The translations under genes and the position numbers were made by a program. A stretch of 64,000 nt of DNA from Syncephalis fuscata S228 (lineage: Eukaryota; Fungi; Zoopagomycota): NCBI GenBank assembly GCA_025786725.1, contig JAHLTZ010000008.1:1-64000 (forward strand). Reading direction: 5' to 3'. This document shows positions 1 through 13,119 of this stretch, in pieces. How positions within the stretch are numbered: the stretch's first letter is position 1; every line of letters starts with the position of its first letter. The notes under the pieces were generated by a model, which saw nothing but the letters and a program-made list of their open reading frames with translations, was not told where the DNA came from and did no database searches.

Positions 1-3000
1 AGTAGGCATTGCAACCCAGGCTGATATCGTATCAAGTCCCATGGTCATAAGCGTTGATTTTGGTACATCTTTAAATGTGATACGATCTGGCAATACATCT
101 CTATAGTATCATTGATTAGTACACTACTCTGTTATTCATATCGAATGTAATCTTACCCAGTTTTATCGTCAAAAGAAAGTCGAGATGGAATTAAATAACG
201 ATAGAATTGTTTAATGGGCAGTTCCGTCAGCTGTAACTCCGTATTAAACGATAATTGGACTGACACGCCTGATAGTTCAGCCAACATCTATTAAACAAAA
301 CAGTTAGATAACCGTAAACAATACATACACTACAATATAATACCTCTATAATAGGTGCCCATTTTTGCCCTGTCTTTGTCATTGGATCAATTAAAGCTTG
401 TATACGAACTAGACTGTTTAATGGATTGCCTACAGAAGCCATACTAAATAAAAATGTATATTGTATTTTAGCCTATTACGTAATTATAATTAAACTATAA
501 CTTACGTGCGTGGAAATTGATTACTACGCTGAATAATGCCAGGTTTGTCAAATACATCGCCTACAAAACTTGATTGAGCCAATTGACCAAGAATAACTAC
601 AGCTCTTAATAGTCGATTTGAGTAATCATCGTTAAAGCTATTATGTATTCGTTCATTTAGCTATAGGTTATGTAGTTAATCAATAAAACTAACCCAAGTC
701 CATCGTCTTTTCCTTGATTAAATACAGCAGATATATATTCGTCTATAACAGTAATGCGCTTTTCACGTTCATGATGGACTAGTAATTCAAAATCCTCAAC
801 ATCAAATGCATCATTTGCCTTAATTGGACCTATTTTCTACAAGTATTACAGTTATATTAATACAACTATTAATAATAATGTAATAGTAGCTTACCCGACC
901 ATTAATAATAATAGTTGTGTCGCCAGGTGAAATGTCCAGTTGATCTAAAAGTGCTTTAGTACTTTCACGATACGTTTCAATGTGCTCTTCTACAAGCAGA
1001 CTTTGATAGGCAACATTTGGTTCACGAATAAGACCATCAATCTCATTTAGTATCGATGTCCATTGTGTACCATTTAATGGTTTACGCAATAGTTCAGCAA
1101 ATAGCATTTCTGCATATTGAGGGGAACTATTAGGGTCTGACGAAGAGTGTATCAAAGCAAGTCGGACATTCTTTACTACGCTCTATCGTCATAATCAATT
1201 GAATAATAACAATTAGCCGTTAAACAACCATTACATATGAAGCAACTTACTAATAATGATATGGCGTGACGAATAAGTGTCAATCCGTGCACTGTACTGA
1301 AGTCAGTAACTATCCACAAAGTAACATCTTCTTTAGCTTTATCCTCTTTATTTTCTAATGTAAATAGGTTAATTAATCCTTAAAACTCGCTATTTACTTA
1401 CCCATACGAATATATTCAATATTATTCAATTGTTGAATCAATGCAGGTGATAAACTAATCCAAGCAACCGAACGAGGTGTTGACTCATAAACAAACACAT
1501 TAACACGCTGTCTTATCTGAGGCAGTGCCAAGAAATGCTCATAGACATCTGTTTTTTCGTCTAATACACCATCAAACATCTATAGTATAAAATGCGGATC
1601 AGTATATTTATTGTAAATAAAAAATAAAACTTACTTTTTGTTGTAAATAAGGCGGTATTTGTGGATAAATATCAAGTAAGTTGCGACGATAGCCCGTCTA
1701 GAATCAATTAGTCTACATAATTTAATAATAACAATACTTTTTCAGCTTACCTGGGTAAATGTATAACGTTTGCCATTAACATACATAAAGCCTTCCTTGG
1801 CCGGTAAATGGTGAAGCCGTTTGGCGTGAGCACGTGCTGCATCCGTTAGTTGACTATAGACCGATTGAGCATCTAGTATTTGCTCTAATGTTTGTGTTTC
1901 TTTTTTTGTCTTTTTGGACTGAGAAACAAGTTCATTATTAATTCGATCAAAAAGTGACTCGGCAACAGCATAGACATCTGGATTATTGGTGTTTTCTATC
2001 TCATCAATAATCTAAATTCATTAGTTAGTTAGTTGACTATTTATAATTAAGATAATTAAATTTTAATACCTGATCAAGAAATTTAATTGCTCCTTTGCGT
2101 TTGTGTACACGTGCAAAATAATAAAACAGCTTGGCCACTTTAGCATCTATAAATAATATTAGATTAATTAATATGTGTAGTCATCATATATAACTACCTG
2201 CACTTTGATCATCGGTACCAACAATAGGTATGACTGCAAAGCGGATCGGCACATTATTCTGAATGACATCAAGTACATCTCGAGCAACTACAACTAGCGT
2301 TTGAGGATTAGAAAAGTCTAGTGCCAGTATAACGGTAACTAGATTTCTTGCAATGCGTAGTAGTTGACCTGGCCGACTAGGGCGAAGAAGCTAGATAAAT
2401 ACCGGTCAGTATACCATTAAATCCATCCAATACTACTTACTTCAAATAGCTGGCTTGGCCAATCTTCGTAACGAGAATCAGTTTCTAAATCGTTAAGATA
2501 GAAAATGGCATCGCCGTTGGCCACTTTATCGCGTACATCATAGGCATCGCCTAACCAGGCAATCTTTTCGGCTGATGCTACTGGGCGTTGAGCACTAATT
2601 AGCAGTGAATTGGCCTGACCAGGTGTTAGACCCAAATCAAGTAATTGACTAACACCCGTATGCTCACTACGAATTAGTCGTAACAGTTGATAGATAGATC
2701 CGGCAGTAGGATTAAATGAAATGCCATTCACTAATAAGCTGGTGTGACCTGGCTTCATATTCAATGCTTGTGCTCGACCCAATTCATTAAATAGTTGTGA
2801 ATCAACAGGACGACGGGCAATAATAGGCACGTATTTCGGTAGATCACTAACTAATTTTCTAAGTACTTTAATTGGATTCTTGGCGGTAATGATAAAATCG
2901 ATCATTTTTAATCCCAGTCCTAGTATAATGGTATTGTTATTATTATAAGTTAATATACAAACTATTATTTACCTTCAAGATGAGTGGATTTAAGAGGTGT

Positions 3001-4118
3001 TTTACGGTCACCTACACTGTCTAGCAGTAATTCAGCATCCATATCATTTGTCAGCGTAGAATCTATATCATCTTTTTCTGCAGCCTTGTCTGTTGTAGCT
3101 GTCTCGGTGTCATTACTATCTGTGAATGTTATATAAATTAATACCTATTTGTAATATGTATATGTATATGTATATGTAGTAAATAGTAACATACCACGGT
3201 CATCCATTACAAGATATTCGGTACTTTTCAATGCTAGCTCTACACCATAGCCAGTCATCCAAATTGGGTGGTTTGAAGACAAATCAGAAGAGGACGGCTT
3301 CCAACGTAGTGCATATTGAATTGGATTATAACGCGTTAAATCAACTAGGAACTGATGGAATGTATTGAACTGTGCCGAGTTAATGTTGCCATACAGAACA
3401 ACTGTATCTTTATCATCAGTAACACTTGAAGATGACAATACACGTTCATTTGGCTTTAAATCAACCAAATTGTAATTTCTATTCAAAAATAAATAAACAA
3501 GTTAAATTGTACAAATGTAAAAACTTACGTGTCGCTTGGTTGATCTATGATCCAATGGTCCTCATTGTCTGGATCTTGTTTTAAATTAGCCAATTGTTTG
3601 AACTGCTCGATGCTGCACACTTGTTGTCCATGCCAGTCTAGCCATAGTTCGCAATCTTGTATAGTTGAAAAACGCTTCAACACTTCTGTCTGGTAGTATT
3701 GATAGTCACTTTCAATACGTGGTGCGTAAAAATGCATGGCTGTTGATAGCTCTAATAGCGATAAAGCTAATGTGTCGCGGCGTTTGCCGCCCTGTAGAAA
3801 GGACTCTTCGACGATGACGTCGAGTGCATGCGTGTATAGGTCGGACAAACGTTTAGACAAGGGCGGTTTACGCGTAACAGCGTCGATAAAGGAAAAATAG
3901 GCTGTATTATTTTCAGAGGCAATATACTCGCTGACATCGCAATGTTAGAAGTGCCGATGACAGTATGATAGAATGGCTACATACCCCATTTCTAGCCAGA
4001 GATGTGGCGCCGACCATTTGCTACGTAAACCGACATTGACACTTGTAGAAGACGCCAACGAGGCAAATAGCACTAATGGCACCAGGTGTAAGGCCGCTGC
4101 CTTAACCGTTCGATGCAT
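1..4118 (-). CDS. UGGT: UDP-glucose:glycoprotein glucosyltransferase (UGGT/Kre5 family), multi-exon, 3' end beyond window
   Basis: ATG at 4118 gives signal peptide MHRTVKAAALHLVPLVLFASLASS then VNVGLRSKWSAPHLWLEM. UGGT-typical segments: MTGYGVELALKSTEYLVMDDR, YLNDLETDSRYEDWP, FYRYLIPSRLSF and LMTMGLDTISAWVA near base 1. Many GT-AG introns. Confidence 0.93.
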
Positions 4119-4439
4119 GTTATTGTTAAAGATATAGGCAACGATAAATCAATGGAATAGAGCAATAGAAATGACGCAAGTGAAGGCTTATTGTTTCGAC
4201 CTATACGACCCGTCCACTTATAGCCACTTTTAAACCACAACGTGGTAGACACGTCATCTATTTTGATCTTTATATCTAGCTCTATTTGGTCTTTACTAAT
4301 TAAATATAGTCTTTAATTTTTACAAATATTAGCATATTTAGTTATATTATTCATTTACAATAATATTAATGATTTTTAGTTATTTTATTGTTATTACACG
4401 TATACTAAACAATTTATCAATGACTCGGTATAGCTTGGA

Positions 4440-5150
4440 AGCCAAATGGTTATTTTTAATAACGCCCAATCTATTGAACATAATGATGGATGGTGAGTGA
4501 CATCAATCATAAATACTCATCATTGTAGATTCATTATCCAGTATGAATATGTTTCATTACATCGTATCTTTATTTTATAATATATTGGTTACATTTTATT
4601 TGCTATAAGTTTTAAATAAACAAACGAAATTAGTTGAGATTTATTAATAATGGTGCTAGAACAGAAATAAAAACAGTTTGGGATAGAGGAAGACTATGCG
4701 ATTATAAAATAATATATAAAACGACGTCAAGTTACAGTGTGTATAGCGTAATGAGTGGAATGAGCAAAGTATATTGCCACGTATAAACAATAAAATGTGC
4801 CTAATAATTATAGAATGATACATAGTGGTGTGGGACAGAATGGGAATGATATAGGTAAACGGTGGATATATGCATACTGGATAACGAATCTATGATGACG
4901 AGTATTTTAAACTTTGATGTCATTCACCACCCATCATTATGTTCAATAGATTGGATGTTATTAGATGTTAGTCATTTGACCAACAAATCATTTAATAATT
5001 AATAAATTGTTCATAAAATTAAATACCAAACGGCATGTTACATGATTGGCATATTTTCAAATTTACTAAATAAAAGTCAGGGTCTAAAGCTTAAAGTTAA
5101 AGTTAAAATAAAATGATGCACAGTATGCATTTATTAGTGCAATAGCAATA
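4440..5150. repeat. Dispersed AT-rich repeat family; two copies of a ~110-bp core in inverted orientation (about 4440-4550 and 4866-4982)
   Basis: CCAATCTATTGAACATAATGATGGATGGTGAGTGACATCAA at ~4467 is the reverse complement of TTGATGTCATTCACCACCCATCATTATGTTCAATAGATTGG at ~4914. Further copies at ~31830-32105, 33290-33630, 33995-34110 and 58635-58750. Confidence 0.8.
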
Positions 5151-6000
5151 ATAGAAATAACTAAAGCAATTGCTTAAATAAAGCATTGAAATTTAAAAAT
5201 AAATTGTATGATTGTAGTTGTGTCAAATGTAGTCAATATAGATGGAAATAGCTAGATAAAATGAGGTGAGTACATAAAGGATATATGCATACAAGATGCT
5301 GATGCTGATGATGGTGTATGTATCTGTGATTTCTCAATTTGCCCCACTCGCCAAACAGGAATGCATAGCATGGTTGAAATCCACTCTATACTTAAATAGA
5401 AGTCTACCATACATAGTAAAAATTAAAATCACACGGTAGCCACAAACATTCGCTTTGTCTTTCTCCACATGGTCAATAACAATAACACTCGACCGCCCAT
5501 GCTTTGAAGTTAAGAGATGCTGTGACAATTAGTACGGTTTATTAGTTCTACTTTTTAGGCAATTGACTTATAACAGTGTTCTAAATAAAATTTCAACTCC
5601 GAAGGCCACCATTCTACGTTTTTTGTCGTCCTTTTCTTTTCCCCTTCACCCCTACTACTTTCTCGGCCTTGGACTGAGCATGCTGCTGACGTGTGTTCAC
5701 GTGTTTAGACCATCAACTCAAGCTATATCAAGACGGTGTACTTAACGGTCCACAATACGCGGCTGTCCAGCGCCGTATTATCTTTATTCCAGTGTATCAA
5801 GTACTTGTTTCAACGCTACAACAGAGTAATAGCCCGTGGTGGATGATACAGGTGAGTTAATAAGACGCCCGTTGGGGCTTTTTTGCAAGTAAAACGCCCC
5901 AACGATTTGCCTATAACAATATAAATATTACTACGGCGGTCAATAGCTACGTTTTCTTCAACGTATTAACTAGCTGTGCTGCTTTGTATCGTGTCCTAGG

Positions 6001-6897
6001 ATGATGAACTACAGCCAAATATCAACTCGTGCTGACCGAGCCTTGCCGTCTGGCCTAAGGGCCAGTGCGCAACACTCGAGTGCTTATCACAACTCCACTT
6101 CTAAAGGTTGCACGGATAGCAGCAACAACAACAACCCCACACGTTCTGGGCCAGACTCAGCGAACACTGCATCTAATAGCAGCAACAGTGCAGCTGATGA
6201 TGCTTCTGGCATGTTTGCCTTTATTCGCCAAATGTCTCGTCTAGTATTCTATCATTTTGTACCGACATTTTTGAAAGCAGTTAGAGTACGTGTCATGAGC
6301 CTGGCCCACCGTGTCATTTATCTCGCCGGTCGGGGGCTACACTTTTCCATAGCAGCATCACTGGCTGGCTGGCTGCTTTTAAGTGCATGGTGGATTGCAG
6401 CCGCGGTAGGAACCGGCGCGTGGGCAGCTGCACTATTTGCAGCCAGTATAGCCTGGATCTACCGGCTCTGGTGCTCTTTGTGGCCGTGGTCTAGTTCGGG
6501 AGCTACTAATAGCAGCGACAGTACAGCAACTACTTCTCGCTCCATTTTTTGGTGGCTTAGCTACGCACTATGGCCATTTGCTTGGCTACGTGCCTGGCGC
6601 CACCAGCGGTTGCGTCAAAGACAGCAACAGCGGCAACATCAGCATCGGTATCAGCAAAAACAATCGATGCATCGACATCGCCGTCCATTGGCCGTGCATT
6701 CGTCACCGTCTTCTTCTGAGTCATCGTCATCCGGGCTACCTACACCCAGTGGCATGACTCTATCGCCATCTCTGCCGCGAAAACGCCGTGTATACACCGA
6801 CAATAACTCATGTGCCATTGAAGATGTGCGTAACAGCAGCAGCAGCAGCTGTGACGATTTAGCACAACGTGGTCTGCATGTGCATTTGTCTACGTAG
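6001..6897 (+). CDS. Hypothetical membrane protein with long hydrophobic hairpin and low-complexity S/Q-rich flanks
   Basis: 298-aa GC-richer ORF with ~45-aa hydrophobic run (FSIAASLAGWLLLSAWWIAAAVGTGAWAAALFAASIAWIY). Probable 5' intron at 5852-5999 (GTGAGT...CCTAG). Confidence 0.7.
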   Translation: MMNYSQISTRADRALPSGLRASAQHSSAYHNSTSKGCTDSSNNNNPTRSGPDSANTASNSSNSAADDASGMFAFIRQMSRLVFYHFVPTFLKAVRVRVMSLAHRVIYLAGRGLHFSIAASLAGWLLLSAWWIAAAVGTGAWAAALFAASIAWIYRLWCSLWPWSSSGATNSSDSTATTSRSIFWWLSYALWPFAWLRAWRHQRLRQRQQQRQHQHRYQQKQSMHRHRRPLAVHSSPSSSESSSSGLPTPSGMTLSPSLPRKRRVYTDNNSCAIEDVRNSSSSSCDDLAQRGLHVHLST

Positions 6898-9800
6898 TAT
6901 TTTTCATTGCTCTTATTTTTATTTTTACTGTTATCAATTTGTTATTCTATCCCTTTCAAGTATTTTACTTGTTGCTTTATCCCACTAACCACCAACTATC
7001 TATTGTTATTTGCTGTCACAATCTACATTGAATTTGACATGTGATTTCAAATCCTCATCCGATGGCATCCATATATTATTAATAAATTGAATCTATTTTA
7101 TCTGCTGAAAACGTAGAATTGTGTAGCTATTATATTTCACATGTTAAACGTTGCAATGATTCGGTCATTGCCACTTGTCTTATGATCGTTTATAAGATTC
7201 CGCCTACATTTGGAAGGCCAGCATGGCAGAAAACGTCATTCTTTGCACTGTGACCACCTTCGTTGACTAGGCCTCGACTCTGCACTTGCTACCCCGCTTG
7301 CCCCTGAGTTATGACTTTGCTGTCCATTCAGCATACATGATCTAGGCATAACTGGTGCTGTACACGATGTTGTCACTATTAATTAATTAACTTTTATTAA
7401 TAATAAATAAAGCAATGACTGTAATCAACATGGCCATACACAATTTGAAACATATCTACAGCTTTACAGCCGATAACGACATTATGTTAAATAAGGCACA
7501 TTCACTGAAAATGAATATTTTTTTAGAACGTGTTCACATGATCCATTTCCTTAGCCGTTTTCCCGCCGTTGTTCTTGAGACTGATGTCGATTGGTGCAGC
7601 ACAATTGTACAGTAGATTAGTAGCACTTCAAAATAAACATATGTCACATGCATCAATGGTTCGCCATGCAAATTCAACGACCAAATATTTGCTCTACAGT
7701 ATGTTCTATTATAACTTACTGCCTTGACTGACAAGTATTCGTTTAGATAATACATGTTATAAGCATTGTTTTATTAGAAAAAAAAGAAAATGGGCTATCT
7801 TGCTATCGGATAAGGACTTTTAGATGGTGTGTGCGTAGCTGATAGCATTCCTTGAGCGACACCCGATGCATTGCAGATGTGACCGCTGCTTTCCTGTTAC
7901 GCACCCACAAAGCCACATTCGTCATAACCGCAACTGCACCGTCTATGCAGGCCCAAGCTTTCGATGCCTGGCCCGCTTCAAATAGACGTCAGTAGAGAAA
8001 TAGGCTCTGTGATATCTTTTTATCGCACCACTGCTTCAACGTATTCTTATTTTCAGCGCTACCACTACTACTACCATTGCTCCTGCTACAGCTCCGGCAA
8101 TAGTCGTCGTTTGCCGTCACCTGCTTGCCCACGTATCTGTCTAAACCTTACAAACTTTACTCATTTCGTCACTATTTGTAAGCAATTTGTAGTATTGATA
8201 CTAGTAGCTGCCTTAAACTGCTGTATTGCCACTATCTTGTAGATTCTTGCCCTTTTTATCGTTCTCTTGTTTCACTTTTGACTTTCTGTATATTCTTATC
8301 ATATAACTTTTTTTTTCACGCGCGCCTCAGTAAATTATAAGCGATAACTGGGTAAGTTTGCTTTATTTAATGAATGGACACCATTGTGTATAATGTGTGT
8401 GGAAATTATTTTAATTTAATGTGTGGAAATCATTTTTTGTATAATGTGAGCAATCATTGGATTATTTTATCCACACATTTAGGTAACTGGCCTTTTATTT
8501 GTCTAAATAGTAAAAGTACAGTTTTAAATTGTATCATATCTACCTTACTCGATCTCTATTGCTATCAATGACCTGTTTGATAATATATTGCACTATCAAT
8601 AATAGTCGTTGTGCTACCTTTGAGTCTGCTTGGTATTGTTTGCTATTTGATGCTATTTTACCTGTGTAGCATGCAAATAAATGGCAACTTGACCATGAGC
8701 GACCATCAACATCGATTGACCACGCGTTCACGCGCGCTACTTTTGTTTCAAAATCACCACATTGCATACCTCCGCGTGGACGCGTGGGAATTCCATCTTT
8801 GTATAGCCATTTTTAAATCGCCTCGCTGCGTATTTGCTCCTCCATCGTCACGCCACCATGTTCATACTTAGGTGATGTGCTGCTGCTTCTATTGTTGTTA
8901 CTGTTCCGTCATTCGGTAACCGGCTGCGATGTTCACCTGATGTTATGTTATTGCCCCAACCGCGTCAAGTTCACCCGCGCTTGCTCTCCGTCATTGTCTC
9001 GGCCTCTCCCAGTTCATACCAAATAGTTATTTATTGCGTCGCGCTACTGCCCCTTTCCTTTGTATCCTTCTCTGCTTTCTCTTTGCCTATATCCTGGCCG
9101 GCCTTTTTGTGCCTTTTTATTTTATTACATTTCTATATACTTGATTATTGTTGATCAGCCCATCTGGTTCTGTTCACTTTATCATTATTCTTATTCTTAT
9201 TCTTATTACTTGCGGGCACTGTTGTGATCTAGATCGTTAACACTGTATCGTGTGCACTTGACCAGCGCTTATTTGCTACTCCATCTATTTACTGGATCTA
9301 TCACTAAACGCTGTGTACGTGTGTGTATGTGTGTGTGTGTACACCACTAAGCTACATCAAATCGGACTGTTGTTATTCAACATTTTATTTGCAACCTAGT
9401 TTTACAAGTCACAATTTATTCGTGTTAACATTGGTGCCACTGCAGCCCTTCACGTATTTCTTTTTGGCTCTTTACTCTTAAACCGTCAAGTCCATCCATT
9501 AGTGGCTGTGACTTTAACTCTACGAGAATCCCCTGACTTTTGCTATTTCATCTTTACTGCTTTTATATCCGACTGTTTTTATTATCCACTCATTCCTCCT
9601 GGCCGGCCATTTTAATTTTCTACCGCTATCGTCATCATTACTTGTTGTCTATAACTATCCGCGCGACCACTTCACGTGGAACACTCTTTGAGTGTGTTTT
9701 ACAGTTTCAACGCCGGTGCTTTCCAGCTACCTTACACGCATCGTTGCAACCTTGTTAGCACGCTGCTAACTTGCATTTAAAGCTTGTTGCTCTTAACAGA

Positions 9801-11338
9801 AACTGCTTTATTTGCCGACCTTTGGTCTAAACCAACACGCTTACTCACTGAGCTGCTGTATAGCTTATCGAACCATTGTGCTAGTAGCTACTTGAATCAA
9901 GCAGTAAGTAATGCATTTCTGGACACCATTTTAATGGACTGTCTAAGCATATTTCTCCCCAACAAAATTATTGATTTAATGCATGTTTCCGCGTGTTTTG
10001 ATGTCTGCTGGCTGAGCCATGTGGACACGCGCATTTGATATATTTGACGAACTGGTATGAGTCGCATGGACACATGAATTTATTCTATTTATATAATAGC
10101 AACAGCTATTGTTATTTATTATCCGTGTATACTTTGAAGGTATTGACGTCAGTTTACACTTAACAATGCGATCAAAAGACGGCAGTAATCCATTTGAATG
10201 GATAATAATGCCATACTTTTTTACATCATGCGACACCATCTTTTATGGTACCGATGTTCTACGCAGATAACTGTATATTCACCTTGGACTAGACTCTGCG
10301 TAATTGTTTTACATGGCTTTTTACTCCCAGCTATTGATTGCCAATGCTTGTGGGACCCCTTTTAATGTGCTATATTTTCAGCTCTTCATCCCTTGCTGTT
10401 TGTTACCTCTCTCGTTCTTTCTCTCTTTTCTATTCACACCACTAATCAACCAACCAATCTTGGCAACAGCCCCTTGTTGTACGCGCGCTTCTTTTCTACT
10501 ATTTCGGCTTTTAAAAAAGTTATACAAAATCGTTTGTATCGCTGTTGTTGTTACCATTAAGCAGATTGGTGAGTGTCCTATTTTGTTTAATTCAAAATAG
10601 GTAAATTGTTTGTGCTCGATTCTACTCTTCCACTCCATTCTATCTCTCTGTAGCTCCCTGCCTTTTGTCCTGCCGTCTTTCCATTCCTGTTTGATTGATG
10701 GTGACACAGACGAAATTGCTGCCTCGTTCAATTACTGACTTTTTTAACAACACTATTCCGTCTATCAATTGTGAATATTTGAGTGATTCTCCATCCTTAT
10801 TGTGTGCGGGTGAATAAGATAAAAATATTTTACAAGCTTATGGAGGCCTTTCTTGCTTCCTCTCTCGTTCGCTCTCTTTTCTTCTTTCTTTAGTTTTGAT
10901 ATTTCTTATATTCGAGTAGGTCCTTCGACTCGTTCATTTATCTGCTTGTTTTGTGAATTCCCATTGTTCATTACTAGGGAATTAAACGCAATTGATATTG
11001 CTAGTTCACAAACAGCTACTGGTGTTGACAAACTGTTTGGCTTGGCCTTCCGTTGACAACCTTTTCCCTTTAACTCCGATCTGCAGTGCGCTGAGCTGTC
11101 CACTGGCTAGCGTGACTTGAATTCATTGAAACGTTCTCGCTTATTGAAGCAACTGCAATACGATTTCTGTTTATACGCATGTCAACTAACTTGATTTTAT
11201 TCAAGTAGATTCCAAACTGCTAGACTTTATTGTCCACCACACTGCGTACGACAATAGCAACTACGACACTGAACGAGTAGCAAATAATTTGCTTCGTTAA
11301 ACGGTATTGTTTTAACCTTCAATAACTTTCAATTCAAC

Positions 11339-12571
11339 ATGCTACCAACTCTTTCTGTTACTCGGCCGGTACCGGTCAATGCCGTTCGATCTGCGGCGAT
11401 GAGAAATGCCGCCTATCTTGCCCATGTAGCCTCGGCACACTCTTCGGGTGCCAATACGCCGCTACGCCCGGCTTCCCCGTTTTTATCAAGCAATGCCGCA
11501 ACGCATGTAGCTGGTCAATCGAAACTGTATCGACAATATTGTTCGACACTTACTTCGACTGCACACTTGCAACAGCAACAGCAACAACAGCAACAGCAAC
11601 AGCATCAGCAGCAATCTTCCCCGGTCTTCACGAAAAGTCAGTTTGGTGAACGTTCTAGTTTAACGTCGTTAAAGCCAACAAAGAAGTCGCGTAAAACTAA
11701 ACGGTCAGCGGCGCGTAATGCATCGAGTCATACTACCGGCTCCTTCCCCGGTGCTTTACTGCGATTTGTTCTATTACACTTACCGCTGGCCATGTTTGCC
11801 GGACTACAACTGTGCATTGCGCTTATCGTGGCACCATTTCTACTTATGCTTGCTATTGGTGTTGCTTGCAGCACAGCTTTCCTTGCTGCCTTGCTAGATA
11901 TGTGGAATCCACGCTGGTGGCGTCTTATTAAGGAGAATGTAAGCTCTATGCTACGTCCCGCACGTAATGCACGTCGGACACCTTCCCCCGTAGTAGCTAC
12001 AAACACCTGTAAATCACCATCAAGCGAAAAGACCACAACAGAAGAGAAACCACTTTACGAACAGCTAATTGACGACGAACGCCGGCGTGTACGCGATGTC
12101 ACGGAAAAACTCCGTGCTAGCCGTCGTCAGCAAGCTGCCACCTTTTCACATCTTCCATCAGCCGCTAACAGCATGGGTGCCAGTCTAGTAACAGGCCTTG
12201 CCTGTTCTGTTGACTCGCCACCCTCTTACAACTCGCTTCCAGTGCGCCGTCAGCGACCGGCCACCTCTAACTTGCGTTTGTATAAAACAGCCGCGCCAGC
12301 CTCAAACGATACCATTACATCAACCACTACTAAAAATAACGGATTATTCCATACCAATTGTATAGATCGTACTACAATTTCAGCTTCTTATCGTGATGCA
12401 GCTGCCGAATTGGCCGCTGTATTTAACAATAAGCAAGCCTCTCACGATCCATCCATCACCTCATCAGTAGCATGTGGTGGTGATGATGGTATTAACAACA
12501 AATTTACCAGTTTATCCGCACCAGACCAAACAAGACGCCCGGATCGCGTCGGTATGTCACGTATGGCATAA
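11339..12571 (+). CDS. Hypothetical membrane protein with poly-Q tract and long hydrophobic hairpin
   Basis: 410-aa uninterrupted ORF; CAA/CAG poly-Q at ~11570-11613; hydrophobic run FVLLHLPLAMFAGLQLCIALIVAPFLLMLAIGVACSTAFLAALL. Confidence 0.75.
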   Translation: MLPTLSVTRPVPVNAVRSAAMRNAAYLAHVASAHSSGANTPLRPASPFLSSNAATHVAGQSKLYRQYCSTLTSTAHLQQQQQQQQQQQHQQQSSPVFTKSQFGERSSLTSLKPTKKSRKTKRSAARNASSHTTGSFPGALLRFVLLHLPLAMFAGLQLCIALIVAPFLLMLAIGVACSTAFLAALLDMWNPRWWRLIKENVSSMLRPARNARRTPSPVVATNTCKSPSSEKTTTEEKPLYEQLIDDERRRVRDVTEKLRASRRQQAATFSHLPSAANSMGASLVTGLACSVDSPPSYNSLPVRRQRPATSNLRLYKTAAPASNDTITSTTTKNNGLFHTNCIDRTTISASYRDAAAELAAVFNNKQASHDPSITSSVACGGDDGINNKFTSLSAPDQTRRPDRVGMSRMA

Positions 12572-13119
12572 TAGCCGTGACATACTATTTTTCCTTTTTT
12601 ACATTTGCATTTACTAGCATTGACATTCATTGCAACGGCATGCGTGCCCTTACGCTGCACAATTGCCCTTGATGATTTATACATTATTATTTTACTACTA
12701 CTACTTTACATTTGTCCAATATACACAATAACACGAATCAAGTGTTTCTTTTATACGGTTGCATTATCAATTCATAGCGCCCTTTTGCGTATTTTTTCGC
12801 TAATGTTTGGTTATTTATCGATTGAATTGGCACAGCTTACTAATAATTGCTTATGCATTATTAAAATGTTGTGTCTACATGTCTTTACAACTCTGAGTTT
12901 ATAGAGTGTCGTTTAAGTGATTAAGCAACACATCATCCTTGCATTTCTATATATACTAACAAAAGAACAATATGATAACATCGTGGTGTATAATAAATAA
13001 TAAATAAATCTCACTTTTTTGCTTTAAGCCATAATATATATATATTTATTAATACTATATATCCAATAAGCGATAAATAACATAAAATGCTTTAAATGAT
13101 TATAATGACGAAATTATTG

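Noticed and set aside
7415-11103. Numerous 60-120 aa ORFs on both strands
   Set aside because: No recognisable motifs, many non-ATG starts, and composition simply reflects pyrimidine-rich non-coding DNA.
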